From Cetorhinus maximus (lineage: Eukaryota), in contig NW_027596273.1 in assembly GCF_964194155.1 (NCBI RefSeq), positions 186,001 through 250,000 on the forward strand: a DNA stretch of 64,000 nucleotides, written 5' to 3'. The notes under the pieces were generated by a model. That model was not told where the DNA came from. It did no database searches and worked only from the letters and a program-made list of their open reading frames with translations. This document shows, one piece after another, positions 1 to 12,299 of this stretch. Each line of letters starts with the position of its first letter. The stretch's first letter is position 1. Both the position numbers and the translations under genes were made by a program.

Positions 1-100
1 ATCATTACTGTGAAACGAACTATGGTTCTGACGAAATCCTTTCTCCAAGGCCCATTGACACCACTCCACCTTCCCTATTACACGGTTTCCCCCTCTCCCC

Positions 101-140
101 CACCCCACCCCACCACCACCACCACCACCACCACCACCGC
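101..140 (+). repeat. (CAC)n / C-rich microsatellite
   Basis: caccaccacc run visible in sequence. Confidence 0.9.
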
Positions 141-454
141 CCCCATTTCCAGACAGGTATTTTTCACCAGTCCTGTCTGGGATGTGGGGGTGTGTTTGAA
201 TTGAAGACCCGTCCGTGAAAGAGTCACTCCGCCACCCAGCGACTCATTCGTGTTAGTACATCTTTCCCTAAGAGCGAGGGGAGCCTCAGTCATATTCTGG
301 TCTGTCAGCTAATTGTAAACAGCAGGACTCTGCTTCATCAGAGGCCGATGCAGGGCAGTACGTGGAGAAAGAAAGCTTCCTTTACACTGTCCCATCAAGC
401 ACTCCCAGGGTCTGTGCAGTAGGGGTTAGATAGAGAATAAAAGTTTTTTTCTCT

Positions 455-690
455 TTATCCTTTAATGAAATGTGGGTGTCACTGCCCACCGCCCTGAACA
501 GCCCGGCTTCCGAGGCCATTTCAGAGGGCAGTGAAGTCACATTGCTGTGGACCTGGAATCACATGTCGGCCAGGCTGGGTGAAGGTGGCAGATTTCCTTC
601 ACTAAAGGACAGTAGTGAAGCAGTTGGGTTTTTACGACAATTGGTGATTATTGCCATGGCCACCATTACTGAGTCCAGTTTTCAATGTGG
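455..690 (-). mobile_element. tRNA-derived SINE body fragment (same family as 23893-24205)
   Basis: ggtggcagatttccttcactaaaggacagtagtgaagcagttgggtttttacgacaa is the reverse complement of the core of the 23.9 kb SINE. Confidence 0.7.
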
Positions 691-1302
691 AGAAATGTCG
701 ATGACAACTGGGAGCCCAGCGGAAGTGATGCCGTCACAGAATGCTAGCCGCTACTTCAGTTACACATTAGAAAACCACACTGTGGTTAATTTTGGACACT
801 GTAGATTTTCATCAGCTCTTTATTGAAATCTCTGTATTCCGAATTTAAAATGTGTCCTCTTGGTGACTCTAAAAATGAAATACCTTCAGTTTGTTTCCGA
901 GTTTGTAACTGAGACAATCATGGATGGTATTTATTAATTGAATTCACATGCCAGCAGCTGCTATGTTGGGATTTGAACCCAAGCCCCCAGAGCATTCGCC
1001 TGGACTCTCTGTACCTTGTCCAATTAAACACTCACAAGGCAGAGACGTCACAGTCCATCTTCTCAAGACAATTAGGGATGGGCAATATATGCTGACCCAG
1101 GCAGCCACTTCCACATCGTATAAATGAATAACAAGAAATACACACATACCGCACAGAGAGCATTTAGTACAAACCCAGGGATGATTCCGAGAGGCTGGAG
1201 CCGATCTGACACAGACACATTTTCAAGCAGTAATCCTGAAGTTATTACCACAGTTTGGGGTTTAATAGGAACACCCTGCGGCCTGCCTGATGCAACAAAC
1301 AA

Positions 1303-1860
1303 CTGAACTCACAGACCATCACCCCAGGGATCCTCTCTCATTGCTCCATTCCCTCTGTGACCATCCTCCTGAACTCACTGACCATCACCCCAGGGATCCT
1401 CTCTCCCTGCTCCATTCCCTCTGATACCATCTTCCTGAACTCACTGACCATCACCCCATGGATCCTCTCTCCCTGCTGCACTCCCTCTAATACCATCCCC
1501 CTGAGCTCACTGACCATCACCCCAGGGATCCTCTCTCCCTGCTCCATTCACTCTGATATCATCCTCCTGAACTCACTGACCAGCACCCCAGGATTCCTCT
1601 CTCCCTGCTCCATTCCCTCTGATACCATCCTCCTGAACTCACTGAACATCACCTCAGGGATTCTCTCTCCCTGCTCCATTCCCCCTGATACCATCCTCCT
1701 GAACTCACTGAACATCACCCCAGGGATCCTCGCTCCCTGCTCAATTTCCTCTGATACCATCTCCCTGAACTCTCACTGAACATCACCCCAGGTACCCTCT
1801 TTCCCTGCTCCATTCCCTCTGATGCCATCCTCCTGATCACTGAACATCACCCCGGGATTT
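1303..1860. repeat. 66-bp minisatellite, about 8 copies
   Basis: accatcacccc recurs at 1381, 1447, 1513; translated period is 22 aa (LNSLTITPGILSPCSIPSDTIL). Confidence 0.95.
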
Positions 1861-2389
1861 CGCTGCATCTCCTCAGAGACCCGTTCATTAGCACCCACCA
1901 CCACCCCCCCCCCCCACCCCCCACCCCCCACCCCCACCCCTGACGGGAATATCAACAGAGATTTCTGGTCAGCCCCCATATCTTCCAACATTTTCCTTCT
2001 GATGCAGAGCCGTTTTTCCTTTAAAATCCTGGAGTTCAGGCGCTTGTTGATGAACATTGTAAGATTAAGGGAGGGAAAAATTGCTGGCTCACCTGAAGGG
2101 CTCGGAATGATATTTAAGAAAGGGTAGTGTTAGTGTTTAATCTGTTTCTCTCTCCCACTCTCTCCCACTCGACTGTTCAGGACATCTCTCCACTCTATGC
2201 TGCATTTATAATTAACCTCCACCGCTGCACTTCCCAGTTTCTCGGTCCTTTCCCCAGTCTCGGACATTCTCAGTGGGCGCACGGCACCATTAAGGTGCCA
2301 AGGGGTCACAGTGCTGAGTCAGGATCACAGGCGGCTCAAACTTCACTGCTCAGCAGAGACTGGAGATAGCCCATGATCTCCCGCACCTG

Positions 2390-2585
2390 AATCAATGCGG
2401 GTAATAACCAATCACCGTCCAATGGCGTGCGGAAAGCATTGTGGCGTCATCCACTGCCGGGCCAATTGGCGTCAGCCATGTTTGTGTTTCGTCGCACCTT
2501 GCTCATATCTGCGGTTAATTGATAAGAAAAATGACGTCAGTTCTTTTCAGAACAATCAGCCAACCTGATCGCTCATTGGACCATG
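2390..2585. promoter_or_regulatory. CpG-rich promoter-like segment
   Basis: Several CCAAT/ATTGG boxes, CRE half sites (gcgtca), a full TGACGTCA near 2532 and a YY1-like gccatgtt. Confidence 0.5.
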
Positions 2586-2718
2586 AAATGCAATGATTCC
2601 GAGAGTCCACTATTTAATCTTCTGTTCCATAACAGCGTCAGTTTATGGTTATAAATGTAGCATCATGTGCGATGCAGTGTCATGACACAGTAAAGTTTCC
2701 TTCAATCCCCAGCTGAGC

Positions 2719-3587
2719 TGTCCTAGCCGATGATGTAGGCCAGGCGGACCAAATCCACCAAGGAAACGTGGCCACGCTATCACAACGGTTTTACAATTTG
2801 TATTAATTACGAGAAGATTTGTGCACTGAATTCAGAAGTAATGAGTCCACTAACACCTTTAGAGATTTTAAAACAAAGTTAAAACATTTATTGACAAAAG
2901 GAATGATTTCAAACACATGCATAAGATTACAGTTACTTAATACTATAACAAATCCCAAAATCCCTAATTAACCTCACTCCCAACTATTCACCCTCTTTAG
3001 GGCAGCAGTCCAAAATAGCTTTAAAATTTAAATAGCAAGCAAGCATATTTACCACAGCGCCTACTCGACAGTGGAATTCCAAAGGCTATCCTCCACCTTT
3101 GGTTACTGGACACAGCAGGCGTCTGCTAAATTGGCTGGAGGCTTCCCCAAGGTTGTTTTGCACAGTCCTATTAGATCTTACATGGCCCCCCAACATCGCC
3201 TTCCATTCCTCTTCATATATGTTTCTCTCTCTTTAATCCGTAAATGTGGAAATTTACTTTTCCCATGGATACAAAAAATTTTCATGTTGCTAACATGCTC
3301 AGTACCTTTGGGAAAATAAATACACTACTTGGCCTTTCTTACCTTGCTTCACTTATCTAAAAATGCGAATTTCCTTCACACTATACGTGCTAAGACCTCA
3401 TCCATGTTCACTCAATAGCATTTAAAATACCCTTTGCCCCTAATTTTATTTATATAATTTGAAGCTTGCAGTCTATCTGGCCCTAATTCAATTAAATCAC
3501 ACAGACAGAACCATACACTCACCACCATAAACCTACTTTACAATAGACCACAATAACATAATGAAAAGATCTGTTAGTTTCCCGACA
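2719..3587 (-). mobile_element. probable solo LTR
   Basis: TGTC...GACA termini, flanks gagc/cagc (near-TSD), minus-strand AATAAA near 2890 and TATA-like tract near 3215. Confidence 0.45.
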
Positions 3588-4437
3588 CAGCTCTGACCTG
3601 TGACACCGCTGAACTGTCTGCTCTGTAAGTTTGGTCAAAGGTGGAGCCCTTGAGCGACTCCAGGTGGAATTCTGTCTGTGAAATATCGACTCTAAATGAA
3701 AATATTCGCGAATATCTCTGGATTGTCATTATGGCAGATTAATATGTTTTTATTGTATTGATTGCATTATTATTGTAACTGTTTCCCTTTTTGTACCGTT
3801 TCTTTATATTGATTCTAAGATTATTTTAATACCGGTTATCTTGATACCAGTTGTGTCACTTCCACAAATTAAATGGAACTTCACACGGTGCAATGGTGTG
3901 CTCCAGTTCTCTTAATATATTCAGAGAATTAATTTCTATTCGCAGCTTTGAATCCTATATTTTCTCATGAATTGGATGTGTGCACGCAGTTGAACAATTT
4001 TTATTCTCATTGTGTTTGACATTAATATTTAAACGTCTGTTTGTGTGAGAACATACTGGACAACAGATGGCTGACAAAGTTTGGGGAATATTTTCATCAG
4101 ATCAAAGCGCACAATCCGGAATTGTGACGACAATGGAAGTAGGAAGGGAAGAGGGTGAGGAAGAGACTTTTGTCGTTGCCGGATGATGTCAAACCACCAA
4201 GTTTTCAGTTAATATCGGAACACACTCACCACTTATGCCACAAAGACGAGGTACAGCAGAGGAATCAAGGGCTAAAGGGATCGGCTGGGAAATTGGTGTT
4301 GAGGCCCAGGATCCTCCGTGATCTTATGAAGTAGCTGAGCAAGCTCCAGGGGCCTTTTGGCAGACTCCTGGTCTGATTTCTTATGTTCTCATTCAGTGCC
4401 GATACCAGTCATGACGATGATTGGCTGTAAGCACCGT

Positions 4438-4519
4438 GGTAGTGTGGCCGAGCGGTCTAAGGCGCTGGACTTAAGTTCCAGTCTCTAACGAGACGTGGTT
4501 TCGAATCCCACCACTACCA
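4438..4519 (+). tRNA. tRNA-Leu, anticodon TAA (Leu-AAG/TAG-type body; T-stem G53T defect, possibly pseudo)
   Basis: GGTAGTGTGGCCGAGCGGTCTAAGGCGCTGGACTTAAGTTCCAG...TTCGAATCCCACCACTACCA; 82 nt with long variable arm. Confidence 0.85.
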
Positions 4520-4786
4520 GACGATAATTCTGGGGACTTTGTGCAAATCGCTTTCCTGCTAAAATTAATAGCAGGAAAGTGAGCGGTGTTTCCGATGGGT
4601 CGGAATTCCGAGGAGAGAAAATGTGAATGTGAATATAAATTACAGGGCGGCTGGGAAAAGGCCGGCATTGTGAGACTAGTTGAGTTGCTCCTCCAAAGAG
4701 CCAACATGACGGGCCGAATGACCTCCTTCTCTTCTGTAATCATTCTGTGATTTTATATGACCCCGACTGGTGAGCGCATAGGGTCT

Positions 4787-4852
4787 GTAGGCGAAAGCGG
4801 AGTGGTTAAGGTGATGGATTGTCCCCACCCAGGGTACCATCCAGCCGACTAT
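4787..4852 (+). pseudogene. tRNA-Ser pseudogene with anticodon arm partly deleted
   Basis: gagtggttaaggtgatggatt...atccagccgacta aligns to the Ser gene at 6747; 3' flank also homologous. Confidence 0.65.
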
Positions 4853-5724
4853 ACTTCTCATTCCTGATTTTAACCAGGCGCCTGCAGATACAGAACTAAT
4901 TATCTGTTCAATGGAATAAAAAACACAGCCAAACACTTTGGTTTTTTCCTATTGCCGTTCATCTACAAGCACTTACGGAATTTGCTGTCGGATTTGTGAA
5001 AACAAAACTTAACCAATTTGTGATATCTTTGTGGTCTCTGTCACTCTCGGTCTTATATGTATGTATGTGTTCCTGTGTGTGTGTCAATGCGCTTCAGTTC
5101 CCCACTTTTACCAATCAAAACTTTATTTATATTAGTTGAGTAGCTTCATATTAAAATCGGACAAACAAAAAAGAGCAGCTTTAAAACATGAAAGAGGGGA
5201 ATTCCGGCTCTATTTGTTTTTGAATGGAGACTGCTCAGCGCCTAAGTGCCCGTATGTTACAAAGTGGGGGATGATTGACATTTACACTGAGCAACATTAA
5301 ATCAGACAGAAACCGAGTCCTTGTGGTGGAGGAGTTAAGGCAATGGACACACCGAGAGAATGAATTTGTAAATATAAATAGTCCAAACTGAAATCCCTCA
5401 GACCTTAGGAACTGTTTCTACTGCGGCCATATCTCTGAAGGAATAGGAAAATTAAAGTTCAATTCCAAATGTTATAATCACCTGGAAAGGCTGAACAGTC
5501 TGAAGCTCTTTACTCTAGAAAAGGGAAGGCTGAACGCGGGCCTTATAGAAATGGAATGCTTTGTCCCTGTTTTGTCAAGGATTCTACCTGCTGAATCTGA
5601 TCAAACAAATAATGAAAAGTTTAGAAACATAGAATGAAATGTTTACATTGAGGTGTAGTTCTTAAGATCACATTTTGTCATTTGCTCGATCAGCATTTTT
5701 GTCGAACTGTCTCTCTGTGTCATT

Positions 5725-5825
5725 AAATTACAACACTGACTACACTTCAAAAGCATTCCATCGGCTGTACAGCACTTTCTGTTGCCCTGAGTTCGTGAAA
5801 GGCTCTGTTTAAATGTAAGTCTTTT
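5725..5825 (+). mobile_element. SacSINE1-like SINE 3' tail
   Basis: attacaacactgactacacttcaaaag...gtgaaaggctctgtttaaatgtaagt matches the tail at 9.5 kb. Confidence 0.65.
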
Positions 5826-6109
5826 ATTCTCTTCTTCTTTTCCGTCTTTCAATCTAAGTTATCAATGGTGACGTGTATCTGTTCCTTTCAGTGTCGAGCC
5901 AACTCTGTTTCTATCTGTCTCTCTTTGTCTCCGTATATCTGTTTTCGCCCCCACAGTCTCCCTGTCTCTGTCTCGGTCTCCTTTACCTCTTTGCAAAGTG
6001 TGAAATTCTGAGACAGTTTGTGAGTGTTCATGGTGAGAGGCTGTTTTCCCCCCGGCTGGAGCGCCTAGAACTGGGCTCACATTCTGCGGATAATGTGTCA
6101 GCCATTTAG

Positions 6110-6370
6110 GACTGAGTTGAGGAGACATTTCTTCACTCAAAGGGTTGTGAATCTTTGGAGTACTGTAGCCCAGACATCTGCAGATCCTCAGTCGGCGAGT
6201 ACATTGAAGGTTAAGATGGATTGATTTTTTGATTCTAAGGAAATAAAGGGATAGATCGATGGGGTAGAAATTAGTGTTGAGGTTGGCAATCCGCCATGAT
6301 CTAAATAAGTGGCGGAGCAGGTTCGAGGCACCTGAAAGCTGCTTCCTGCTCTTTTCCTTACTATCTATAT
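6110..6370 (+). mobile_element. CR1 LINE 3' end
   Basis: ccatttaggactgag...ttcttcactcaaagggttgtgaatctttgg followed by CR1 3'UTR. Confidence 0.75.
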
Positions 6371-6410
6371 TTCAATGGAAATACCAGGTAAGGTAAAAGG
6401 CGTCCATTAT

Positions 6411-6491
6411 GTTATTGTGGCCGAGCGGTCTTAAATGCTGTGTTTAAAAACCACCCTTTTGTTGGGGGTGGGCACGAATCCCACTGTTTCA
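6411..6491 (+). pseudogene. tRNA-Leu pseudogene
   Basis: gtggccgagcggtct...gtgggcacgaatcccac, paralog of 4438-4519 with many substitutions. Confidence 0.7.
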
Positions 6492-6746
6492 ATGAGCTGG
6501 TATTCGCGCCGTGTTACGAAATCTTTAGACGGGGAAGCTTCAGTTGAAGTGGAGTGTGCGGTGTTTTATTTTGATGGGAAGAACAAGGAGAGACAATACA
6601 AATATGAATTTCTGTGGGGGAAAAGGAGCCTGTGTGGAACCAGCTGATTGGATCTTCCAAAGATCTGGCACGAATATGACCTGGCGAATGTCTTCCTGCT
6701 CTGCTGTAGCCACCTATTATTTTATATGAATGATCTAAGCACACTC

Positions 6747-6828
6747 GTAGTCGTGGCCGAGTGGTTAAGGCGATGGATTCGAAATCCATTAGGGTCTTCC
6801 TACATAGGTTCGAATCCTGCCGACTACG
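6747..6828 (+). tRNA. tRNA-Ser, anticodon CGA (Ser-AGA/TGA-type body)
   Basis: GTAGTCGTGGCCGAGTGGTTAAGGCGATGGATTCGAAATCCAT...GGTTCGAATCCTGCCGACTACG; intact A/B boxes, two T-stem changes. Confidence 0.88.
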
Positions 6829-7542
6829 TTTCCTCATTATTCCCGATTTCAACCAAATAAAACTATTGGTCAATTGTAGAAAATAAACTCTCCAGCGTTT
6901 TCCTATTTCCGTTCATCTGCCACATCTCAAGGTGTGTGGACATCTCAGAAGGTTTTGGGGTTCTGGGAGACTAAAGAGAAAGAGAGGGTCAAGGACATGG
7001 AGGGATTTGAAAACAAACAGGAGAATTTTAAACTAAAGATAGCACTTGTCCAGGAGCCAATGTAGGTCAGAAAGCACAGGGGTGATAGGGGAATGGGACT
7101 TGCTGCGAGTTTAGACACGGGCAGCAGAGTTTTGAATGACCTCAAGTTTACAGCGGGTAGAATGTCCACTCACATTCCAGAACTCACATCCTGGTGGATC
7201 CGCGCTGCCGTGTTTCCAAAATCAATGCTGACCCTTATCAGGTGCCATTCTCAGAACTATACACAGTGCTCCAGTAAAAGCAGCCCCATTCTCACCCATA
7301 TTCTGCCTTGTACCAATATCGTTGTAGCCAGTGCTTTGCAACCGATCTCAGCCTTTCTCTTTTATTCTTTTACTTTCCAGCCCGATATCTACATTTGTTC
7401 TCGACCTGTTGCACATGTGACATTTTCATTTCTGATACGGAGCTTCAGTTCCAACTCCACTGACTCGGGCAAGCTGTAACACATTTTCTGTTTTCAATCA
7501 GTAACTTAATAAAGTCGTTTTAACAAGAGAATTAAGCGGCTA

Positions 7543-7614
7543 GCTTCTGGCCGGGATGCAAACCCAGGCCGCAGCGGTGAGATCGCCGAATCCTAACCAC
7601 TGGACTACCAAGGA
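7543..7614 (-). pseudogene. tRNA-Glu(CTC) pseudogene
   Basis: Reverse complement TCCTTGGTAGTCCAGTGGTTAGGATTCGGCGATCTCACCGCTGCGGCCTGGGTTTGCATCCCGG; B box and acceptor stem damaged. Confidence 0.8.
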
Positions 7615-8399
7615 AGCTGCTTGCTGCGCTTGCATCTCGGGATATCCACGCGGCTTTTGCCATTTTCTTCATTCTGGACCATTTTCACGTGGGCGAAGTT
7701 TCTCCGACAAAATGTCATGTTGAGATAGGACACAAATTATTTCTTCAGCCAATGAAAATCAACGTAGCCTTGGCTGGAACATGAAATCGACAGCGTGGTG
7801 AAATAGTCCCTAAGCTGTGAATTACAAAATTCCATTTCCAAAACCCACCAATCTAATCACTGCGGCTCCTGTGAAACTGACAAGGCAGCGCACGGCAGAT
7901 ATTCATCACTAAAAGCAACTGATAGACATCAAATTCTTCACTTTCACGTCACATTTTTTAACTCGTATTCTCCATCTCAGACATTTCCAGTTCAAAAAGA
8001 TACAAAAGGAATCTTTCCAATCTGCTTTTTCTCTCTGAACCATTTTAATATGAAGCTACAAAACTAAAGTGAATGTAGTTGTAAAGCGTGAAGTGAATGC
8101 GATGGTAAAAATTCGTTCACCTGCGTGTGGAACTGAGCCGCATTGATACATTCCGGATCCTAACCACTCGCTGTGCAACATAAATCTGTACGCTTTATTT
8201 CCTGTTGCCTCTCCTCTCCGACCAAAATGAATCACTTCACACTTCCTTACGTTAAATTTCAGCTGCCACTTGTCCGTCCAAATGGATTTGTTTAAGAGCC
8301 CGAAAGGGAAACCAACTCAAACTAGAAATGGAAGCGTGAGAATGAAAGAAGAGAAGTGACGGGTTTTGTAGATCCCGGAGTAAAGAGACTCCAGGATCA

Positions 8400-8520
8400 A
8401 AATAAATCAAAATACTGCGGATGCTGCAAATCTGAAACAAAAACAGAAAATGCTGGAAAAACTCAGCCGATCTGTCAGCAGCTGTGGAGAAAGAAACAGA
8501 GTTAACGTTTCGAGTCTGTA
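8400..8520 (-). mobile_element. Penelope pseudo-LTR fragment
   Basis: aaaacagaaaatgctggaaaaactcagc...gagttaacgtttcgagtc, same as the terminus of the 36.7 kb Penelope. Confidence 0.7.
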
Positions 8521-8762
8521 TTTTTGGGTCATTGGGACTGATTGGAATGCTCTTTGCAAAAAGCTGCCATAGACACGATGGGCCGAATTGTCTCCTCATG
8601 TGCTGTACCATTTTATGGCAACATTATTAAATCAGTCTGTCTCCAGCATTCCTAATGATAGCAGCTGAATTCCATTTCTTCAAAACAAAAACCCAAAGTG
8701 CTGCTGCATGGCCGCACAGGTTACCGTTTCAGCTAAGACCATTGAGAATTCGGCAGTGCAGG

Positions 8763-8824
8763 GTTTCTCTAGCGTCGTGGCCCTAACACGCAAATAGTCT
8801 CCCGGTTCGAAACCCGGGAAAATG
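8763..8824 (+). pseudogene. tRNA-Val(AAC) pseudogene with internal deletion
   Basis: gtttctctagcgtcgtgg...cctaacacgc...cccggttcgaaacc. Confidence 0.7.
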
Positions 8825-9317
8825 TTACCGAAATCCGCACGTTTGAGTGCACTTGCGTAATACGGTCACGTGACAATTGGTCTTCTCGAAATACTAAAGA
8901 ACATCCCACAAATAAAACAAAAGTGACATTTTATCGCACCCGATGTAGTAAAGGTTGTAAAACACTTTCTACTGTCACTCGACAGACATATTAACAGTTC
9001 GTTCAGTTAGCAAAATAAATGAATCTGTTTATTGCTGTAGGTTAACATACTTACTCGTCGTCTCAAAGATGAAGAACAGTAGTAATGTGTGCTCCAAAAG
9101 ACAGACGAAAGCGATATTGTAATTGAAACAGAAGAAATAGCAGACACGCTACATCATCACTTTGTATCGATCTTCAGCAGAGGAAGAGGAAAAACTGCCA
9201 GGGTGCGATAAAATGTCCGAGGAAACCGAGGCTCAGTGCAGGCATGGTGAAATCCCTCCTTTCTTATTCAGCCTGGAAAGAAGAGACATGAACGGGATTT
9301 AGGCGCCAGAATGTAAA

Positions 9318-9575
9318 AGATGCCATGAGCCTATTTGAAAGAAGAGCAGGGGAGTTCTCCCCGCTTCCTGGTCAAATTTATCCCTCAATCAACGTCACAA
9401 AGACACATTCTCCGCTCATTATGACATTATTGTTTGTGGGAGTTTGCTGAGCGGTGATTGGCTACCGGGTTTCCTACATCACAATGACGACACTTCACAA
9501 TGTCCTTCATTGACTGGAAAGCGATTTGAGACGTCCGCTGGTCGGGAAAGGTGCTATATAAATGCAAGCCTGTCT
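9318..9575 (+). mobile_element. Deu-domain SINE (SacSINE1-like)
   Basis: gaagagcaggggagttctcccc...tttatccctcaa...tgtttgtgggagtttgctg...aaaggtgctatataaatgcaag. Confidence 0.75.
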
Positions 9576-11010
9576 TTATTTAAATATCAAAAACGCCAGT
9601 GCTCTGGTGACTGACCCTTGAGAGTGGAAACAGTTTCTCCCTAACTGCTCTATCAAACCGCCCGCCGCCGATCCCTTCCTTAGCACAGTAATTTTAAACA
9701 ACACCATGAAAACTCAGTTTAACCTGCTTTGCTCTAAAGAAAACGATCCCGGCCTTTATAGTCTCTACAAAACTGAATGTGTTCACCCCTGAACATGGTG
9801 CAAGGCGGAACATTGTGACGAGATTTTGGAAAATGTTGTTCATTGGCAGGTGGAAAAATGGAGGAGGAACCAAAACAGGAAACCCAGTCTCCAGTTCTGT
9901 GAATATTTACAAACTCTTTAGGAAACGGAATCAGGGGAGAATGAAGGGTGAGCTGTCCGACTGACCAAGGCCTATCTGGAATGTTAAGCCATTCTGTCAT
10001 GCAGCAGCACTCTGGGTCTCTGTTTCGGAGAAATAGAATTCAGCTGGTATTGTCAGGAATGCTGCAGACAGACTCATATAACAATGTAATCATAAAACGG
10101 CAAAGCACCATGTATCTATTCAATGGCATAAGGGGCCCTTCCATAATCTTGTCCCGTTCAGCTTTTTATAAGAGCAAACGAATTAATCTCAGTTTCCATC
10201 CCTCTTTTAGTAAACCTGTTATTATTCTGAATATCAATTAATTGCACAATTCCCTTTTGAAAAAGGAGATTCTGCATATTCCATGCCTAGTTTACCTTAA
10301 GTAACACTGTTTCTCTCACCCAATGCCATGAAGATTTAGACTAGTGCTTCTTACATAGTTATGCATATGAACATTATTTACTTTTTCTATTGATTTCATA
10401 TCGAATTGACAAAAGTGCTCATTTTTCTGATCAAACACCTCATTATTTCTGAGTTGATTTACAGAATCTAATTACATTTGCTCCACAAGGGTGGAGCTAA
10501 TCAAGGGTGTTATATCACAGTGGGAAATCAATGTTACAGTTCAACAGAGCCCTGCCAAGATCAAAAGCTGGCATAGTTTGTTTCTTTCATTTGGTTTAAA
10601 ATGCATTTGTTCTGGGAAGGCAATCTTACAGAATACATATTTGTTTAGGAAAAAGTGTTGATCTGCCAGAATGTTTGGAGGATTCCAATGGTTAGACTGA
10701 GAGGTCATGTCACTTGTTACAGGAAGACAACTCTTGGTTTCCGCCTGGTGCCTCAGTTTGTTTGAATTTCAAACTACAGAATGTCTTAGGCAGCAATGCT
10801 TTCTGCTCAATCATTATGAACACACTTCTCCTCAGCAGAAGAAATTAAACAAACTTTTCTCAGCAATTCTTTACCTTATTTAACATTCAGTATTAATGTA
10901 TTTGATATTGATGCCCTTGGTTAACTTGAGGCTCTCTGAAATAGACAACATCGAATTGCAAACTTGACTGGCAAGCAAAAGAATGCCAGGCACCAGGTAA
11001 TGCATTTGAT

Positions 11011-12233
11011 ATGGGTCTGTTAGACAAAGGAAAGCCAATGGATGTTATCTACTTGGACTTCCAGAAGGCCTTTGACAAGGTGCCGCACAGGAGGCTGCTT
11101 AGTAAGATAAGAGCCCATGGTGTTAGTGGCAAGGTACTAGCATGGATAGAAGATTGGCTGTCTGGCAGGAGGCAGAGAGTGGGGATAAGGGGGTCCTTCT
11201 CAGGATGGTGGCCGGTGACTAGTGGAGTTCCGCAGGGGTCAGTGTTGGGACCACAACTTTTCACTTTATACATTAATGATCTAGATGAAGGAACTGAGGG
11301 CATCCTGGCTAAGTTTGCAGATGATACAAAGATAGGTGGAGGGACACGTAGTATTGAGGAGGCGGGGAGGCGGCAGAATGATTTGGACAGGTTAGGAGAA
11401 TGGGCAAAGAAGTGGCAGATGGAATACAACGTGGGGAAGTGTGAGGTCATGCACTTTGGTAGGAAGAATAGAGACATAGACTCTTCTGTAAATGGGGAGA
11501 GGATTCAGAAATCTGGAGTGCAAATGGACTTGGGAGTCCTAGTCCAGGATTCTCTTAAGGTTAACTTGCAGGTTGAGTCGGTAGTTAGGAAGGCAAATGC
11601 AATGTTGGCATTTATTTTTAGAGGACTTGAATATAAAAGCAGGGATGTGCTGCTGAGGCTTTCTAAGGCTCTGGTCAGACCACATTTAGAATATTGTGAG
11701 CAATTTTGAGCCCCGTATCTCAGGAAGGATGTGCTGTCCCTGGAGAGGGTTTAGAGGAGGTTCACGAGAATGAACCCAGGAATGAAAGGCTTAACATATG
11801 AGGAACGTTTGAGGACTCTGGGTCTATACTCGATGGAGTTTAGAAGGATGAGGGGGGATCTGATTGAAACTTACAGAATACTGAAAGGCCTGGATAGAGT
11901 GGGCGTGGGGAAGATGTTTCCATTAGTAGGAGAGACTAGGACCCGAGGGCACAGCCTCAGAGTAAAGGGAAGACCTTTTAGAACAGAGATGAGGAGAAAC
12001 GTCTTTAACCAGAGAGTGGTGAATCTATGGAATTCATTGCCACAGAAGGCTGTGGTGGCCAGGTCATTGAGTGTATTTAAGACCGAGATAAATAGGTTCT
12101 TGATTGGTAAGGGGATCAAAGGTTACGGGGAGAAGGCGGGAGAATAGGGTTGAGAAACTTATCAGCCATGATTGAATGGCGGAGCAGACTCGATGGGCCG
12201 AATGGCCTAATTTCTGCTTCTATGTCTTCTGGT
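11011..12233 (+). mobile_element. CR1 LINE, 5'-truncated (RT C-terminal half plus 3'UTR)
   Basis: YLDFQKAFDKVPH, GVPQGSVLGP, KFADDTK, LVRPHLEYC; stop at 11707 replaces the Trp codon. Confidence 0.95.
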
Positions 12234-12299
12234 TTAAACCGGCTCTTCATTGATCTGGGAGCTGCAGCCCCGCTCGATGCAAACTGGGGAGGGGGACCG

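Noticed and set aside
1357-1779. 140-aa plus-strand ORF
   Set aside because: Explained by a minisatellite whose unit length is a multiple of 3.
1303-1860. CRISPR-like array
   Set aside because: Contiguous tandem units without unique spacers; eukaryotic context; no cas genes.
4040-4252. Exon-like stretch (RWLTKFGEYFHQIKAHNPEL)
   Set aside because: Contains stops, lacks a good acceptor and has no recognised homology.
5316-5350. tRNA-like 5' fragment (similar remnants at 8118-8180 and 58490-58520)
   Set aside because: Too short or degraded to assign an isotype.
10250-11000. Possible decayed transposase on the minus strand
   Set aside because: No motif could be recognised by eye.
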